A stretch of DNA of 64,000 nt from Candidatus Hydrogenedentota bacterium (lineage in GTDB: Bacteria > Hydrogenedentota > Hydrogenedentia > Hydrogenedentales > SLHB01). Below are positions 61,170 to 64,000 of this stretch, one piece after another. The number at the start of each line of letters is the position of its first letter. Within the stretch, counting starts at the first letter, position 1. A model generated the notes under the pieces. That model was not told the DNA's origin, made no database searches, and saw only the letters and a list, made by a program, of their open reading frames with translations. The stretch spans positions 32,001 to 96,000 of the forward strand of contig CAVUWV010000021.1 in assembly GCA_963745075.1 (NCBI GenBank), written 5' to 3'. The translations under genes were made by a program, and so were the position numbers.

Positions 61170-61459
61170 AAGCACACAAAGGACATCCAAAAACTTGAAA
61201 ATAAATAACTTACATCAAGATTTCGGCTGGCTATTCCGTCTCAATTACCGCCCAAAACCGAACACTGACAGTTACTTGGCGACAAAATTTGTCACCAAAC
61301 GCTTTCCCTATGCTGGCCAATTCGTCAGCCGATTCCCCTTCGATGGTGTCCAGACAATCCGCACCCAGACTTACGTTTGACACACTTCGGAATCATTGCG
61401 CTTCGCGGTGCCCTCTGCGATGATAGTGGGAGTGGCATTGGGACGCGGGGAGAGGGCTC

Positions 61460-62776
61460 TTGAGCACGAGAGGAATACGGTGGTTATACGGCGAATTGCC
61501 GGCGCTCGTTGAAGGAGGGGTGTTGACCGCGGACGCCGCCGAGCGCTTGCGAGCGCATTATGGCGAATCGCCCGATTCCAACCGGCTTCCCATAGCGTTG
61601 ATCGTCTGCAGTGTGCTGGGCGCAACGCTGATCGGCCTCGGCATCATTTTGGTACTCGCCCACAATTGGGAGTTCTTTTCGCGGGCGCAGCGAACGGTCC
61701 TGTCCTTCGGCCCACTTGCAGCGGGGCAGATACTGGTTGGCTACACCTTGTGGCGAAACCCCAAGTCCGTGGCATGGTGCGAAGGTTCCGGGACCTTCCT
61801 GGCGCTGAGCGTCGGAGCCTCTATCGCGCTGATCGGCCAAACCTACCAAGTACCGGGGGACTTCGGCGCGTTCATGCTGACCTGGGCACTGCTCGGGCTA
61901 CCATTGGTATATCTGCTGAACGCGAGCGTGCCCGCGGTGCTGTATATGGCTGCGATTACGGCGTGGGCGGGATATCAACAGGACCGGCACGGTTACGCGG
62001 AAGCGTTTTGGCCGCTGGCGCTGCTGATCGTGCCGCACATCTGGATCGCGTTTCGGCGGGACGCGTATGGCATTCGTTCCACGTGGCTTTCATGGGCGGG
62101 CGCAATCACGCTTTGTATTGCGACGGGGATTTCGTTGGAGAAGTCTCTGCCGGGTCTTTGGATCGTTATCTATTCGAGCCTTTTCACCCTCCTGTATCTT
62201 GCGGGCGTCATTTGGGCGGGACCATCGCATGCGTTCTGGCGCCGGCCCCTGAGGACGGCCGGTGGCCTGGGAATCGTCGGGATGGCGATCCTCTTGAGCT
62301 ACGAATGGCCCTGGGAACAAATCGGCTGGAGCCATTACCGGACCGGGGCCGAATTCGACACGATCGGCAACATCACGGATCTGGTGCTCCTCGCGGTGTT
62401 TTTTGCGGGCGCAATCGTGATGCTGGGAAGAACGTTGCGGAGCTTCCACAAGCTCAGCGCCGTTCTCGGGATAGCGCCCGTCGTTGCGCTCGTAGCGTAC
62501 GTATTCAGCGCAACGGCCGACGCGCCGGTCCCGGCACAAGTGCTGTATAACGGCTACGTTCTGGTGTTGGGGGTCGGAATCACCCTGATCGGGTTGCAGA
62601 AAGAACGTCTGGGGACTCTGAATCTCGGGCTCTTCATCCTTATGGTCTGGATCACGGCCCGATTCTTTGATAGCGATTTGGATTTTGTGACACGGGGTCT
62701 GGTGTTCATCGTATTAGGCGTCGGGTTTCTTACGGCAAACCTGTTCATGCTGCGGCGCCGGAGGAAGCAGGCATGA
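61460..62776 (+). CDS. DUF2157 membrane protein
   Basis: LGATLIGLGIILVLAHNW and GASIALIGQTYQ motifs; many TMs; upstream of a GDYXXLXY gene. Confidence 0.85.
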   Translation: MSTRGIRWLYGELPALVEGGVLTADAAERLRAHYGESPDSNRLPIALIVCSVLGATLIGLGIILVLAHNWEFFSRAQRTVLSFGPLAAGQILVGYTLWRNPKSVAWCEGSGTFLALSVGASIALIGQTYQVPGDFGAFMLTWALLGLPLVYLLNASVPAVLYMAAITAWAGYQQDRHGYAEAFWPLALLIVPHIWIAFRRDAYGIRSTWLSWAGAITLCIATGISLEKSLPGLWIVIYSSLFTLLYLAGVIWAGPSHAFWRRPLRTAGGLGIVGMAILLSYEWPWEQIGWSHYRTGAEFDTIGNITDLVLLAVFFAGAIVMLGRTLRSFHKLSAVLGIAPVVALVAYVFSATADAPVPAQVLYNGYVLVLGVGITLIGLQKERLGTLNLGLFILMVWITARFFDSDLDFVTRGLVFIVLGVGFLTANLFMLRRRRKQA

Positions 62777-63354
62777 GTGCACGTATTCGACTGGGCCTCT
62801 TCGCTGTCGTTGCTATCGCGCAGCTTGCAATACCCGCGCGCATGATCCTCTCGCGCGAGACGGTCTTACATCAGGGCACGCTGTACAAGTTTCACACGCA
62901 ACCGGTCGATCCGAACGATCCGTTCCGCGGACGATACGTTCGTATCAGTGTCGAGACGAATCCAATACCGATTCCGGAGGGCTGGCAGCACGACAACGAC
63001 GCTCCGGTTTACGCCGTGCTCGGCGCCGACGAGGAGGGGTTCGCAATTATCAAAGACGTTCGCTCGGAACCCCCCGAAATCGGGGATTACATCCGCGCCG
63101 ATATGGTCCGGGTAGACGATTTCGCGGAGACGATCACCGTGAACCTTCCGATTGACCGGTATTACATGAACGAATGGTCCGCGCCGGAGGCCGAGCGCGC
63201 CTATTGGGACAACAGCCGGATTGCAAACAAGAATGCCTATGTGACGGTGCGCGTGCTCGACGGCGAAGCCGTCGTTGAAGGGCTTTACATCGGCGATCAG
63301 CCGATCGAAGATTACATGAAGAACATGGCCGCAACCAAAGGAGGGAACCCGTGA
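62773..63354 (+). CDS. GDYXXLXY-domain protein
   Basis: [15 protein letters not shown] and DRYYMNE...AE motifs. Confidence 0.85.
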   Translation: MSARIRLGLFAVVAIAQLAIPARMILSRETVLHQGTLYKFHTQPVDPNDPFRGRYVRISVETNPIPIPEGWQHDNDAPVYAVLGADEEGFAIIKDVRSEPPEIGDYIRADMVRVDDFAETITVNLPIDRYYMNEWSAPEAERAYWDNSRIANKNAYVTVRVLDGEAVVEGLYIGDQPIEDYMKNMAATKGGNP

Positions 63355-64000
63355 TGAGTACATTGATGCACGACAAACGCGTTCTGGTCCTGGGTGGGCT
63401 CGGCTTTATTGGAAGCAACCTTGCGTTGAAATGTCTCGAAAACGGCGCTCGGGTCACCGTGTACGATTCGTTGATGGATCACGGCGGCGGCAACATCGCC
63501 AATCTCGACCAACACCCCTCGATTCGCGTCGTGATCAACGACATACGCGACGTTCATCTCGTCGACAAGGCGATTCGCAATCAGGATTACATCTTCAATT
63601 GCGCGGGGCACACCTCGCACGCGTATTCCATGCGCGATCCCTATCTCGATGTGAACATCAATTGCATCGGCTCCATGAACGTGCTGGAGGGGGTCCGCAA
63701 AGCAAATCCGAAGGCGCGTGTGGTGTACGTGGGCACAAGCACCCAGTGCGGACCCATGCAACAGTCGCCCATGACCGAACTGCATCCCGAGTATCCGCTG
63801 GATATCTACTCCGCGAACAAGAGCGTCGCGGAAAAGTACCATCTCATTTACCACCGCGCGCACGGACTTCGGACCTCGGTCGTCCGTCTCGCCAATGTGT
63901 ACGGTCCGCGCGCCAACATCCGCAGCAGCGACGCCGGCGTGTTGAATTACTTCATCGGCCTCGCATTGCAAGGCCAGGATTTGACGGTCTACGGCGAAGG
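63354..64000 (+). CDS. NAD-dependent epimerase/dehydratase (partial, runs off window end)
   Basis: Translated by hand: [19 protein letters not shown] and RLANVYGP. Confidence 0.9.
   Translation, partial: MSTLMHDKRVLVLGGLGFIGSNLALKCLENGARVTVYDSLMDHGGGNIANLDQHPSIRVVINDIRDVHLVDKAIRNQDYIFNCAGHTSHAYSMRDPYLDVNINCIGSMNVLEGVRKANPKARVVYVGTSTQCGPMQQSPMTELHPEYPLDIYSANKSVAEKYHLIYHRAHGLRTSVVRLANVYGPRANIRSSDAGVLNYFIGLALQGQDLTVYGE

Overview
This is a GC-rich bacterial chromosomal window from a diderm organism. Gene content and the pilin type loosely suggest Hydrogenedentota or a PVC-like lineage (inference only). In order it holds: (1) the distal half of a flagellar cluster, fliH'-fliI-fliJ-motE-like-fliK-flgD-TIGR02530-like-flgE, then motA-motB-fliL-fliN-fliO-fliP; (2) a 1.2-kb intergenic stretch of nested MITE/REP-like palindromes; (3) a ROK kinase, a two-gene operon encoding a 68-aa protein and a Helicase_C_3/WYL protein that together resemble TFIIH p8(Tfb5)/p52(Tfb2), and an EF-G paralogue; (4) a glycosyltransferase, a degenerate exported Memo plus AMMECR1 pair, nucleotide-metabolism genes, a PilC-N/TPR fusion, galK and an EF-hand protein; (5) an envelope operon with a mini-Skp, a TPR lipoprotein, two secretins lacking N domains, lnt and murJ; (6) a GH42-like protein, def, recR, carbonic anhydrase, a CLC transporter, an ECF/anti-sigma pair and GT-C/GT2 genes; (7) a sulfatase/fucosidase/GH109 region; (8) a sigma54-driven type IV pilin, then DUF2157-GDYXXLXY-epimerase. 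Twelve genes are split by frameshifts. Those whose register could be checked fit +1 insertions, most likely sequencing artefacts. No rRNA, tRNA, CRISPR array or transposase was seen. The best novel-system candidates are the p52/p8-like WYL operon (13454-16161) and the twin bare-secretin operon (28237-35488).
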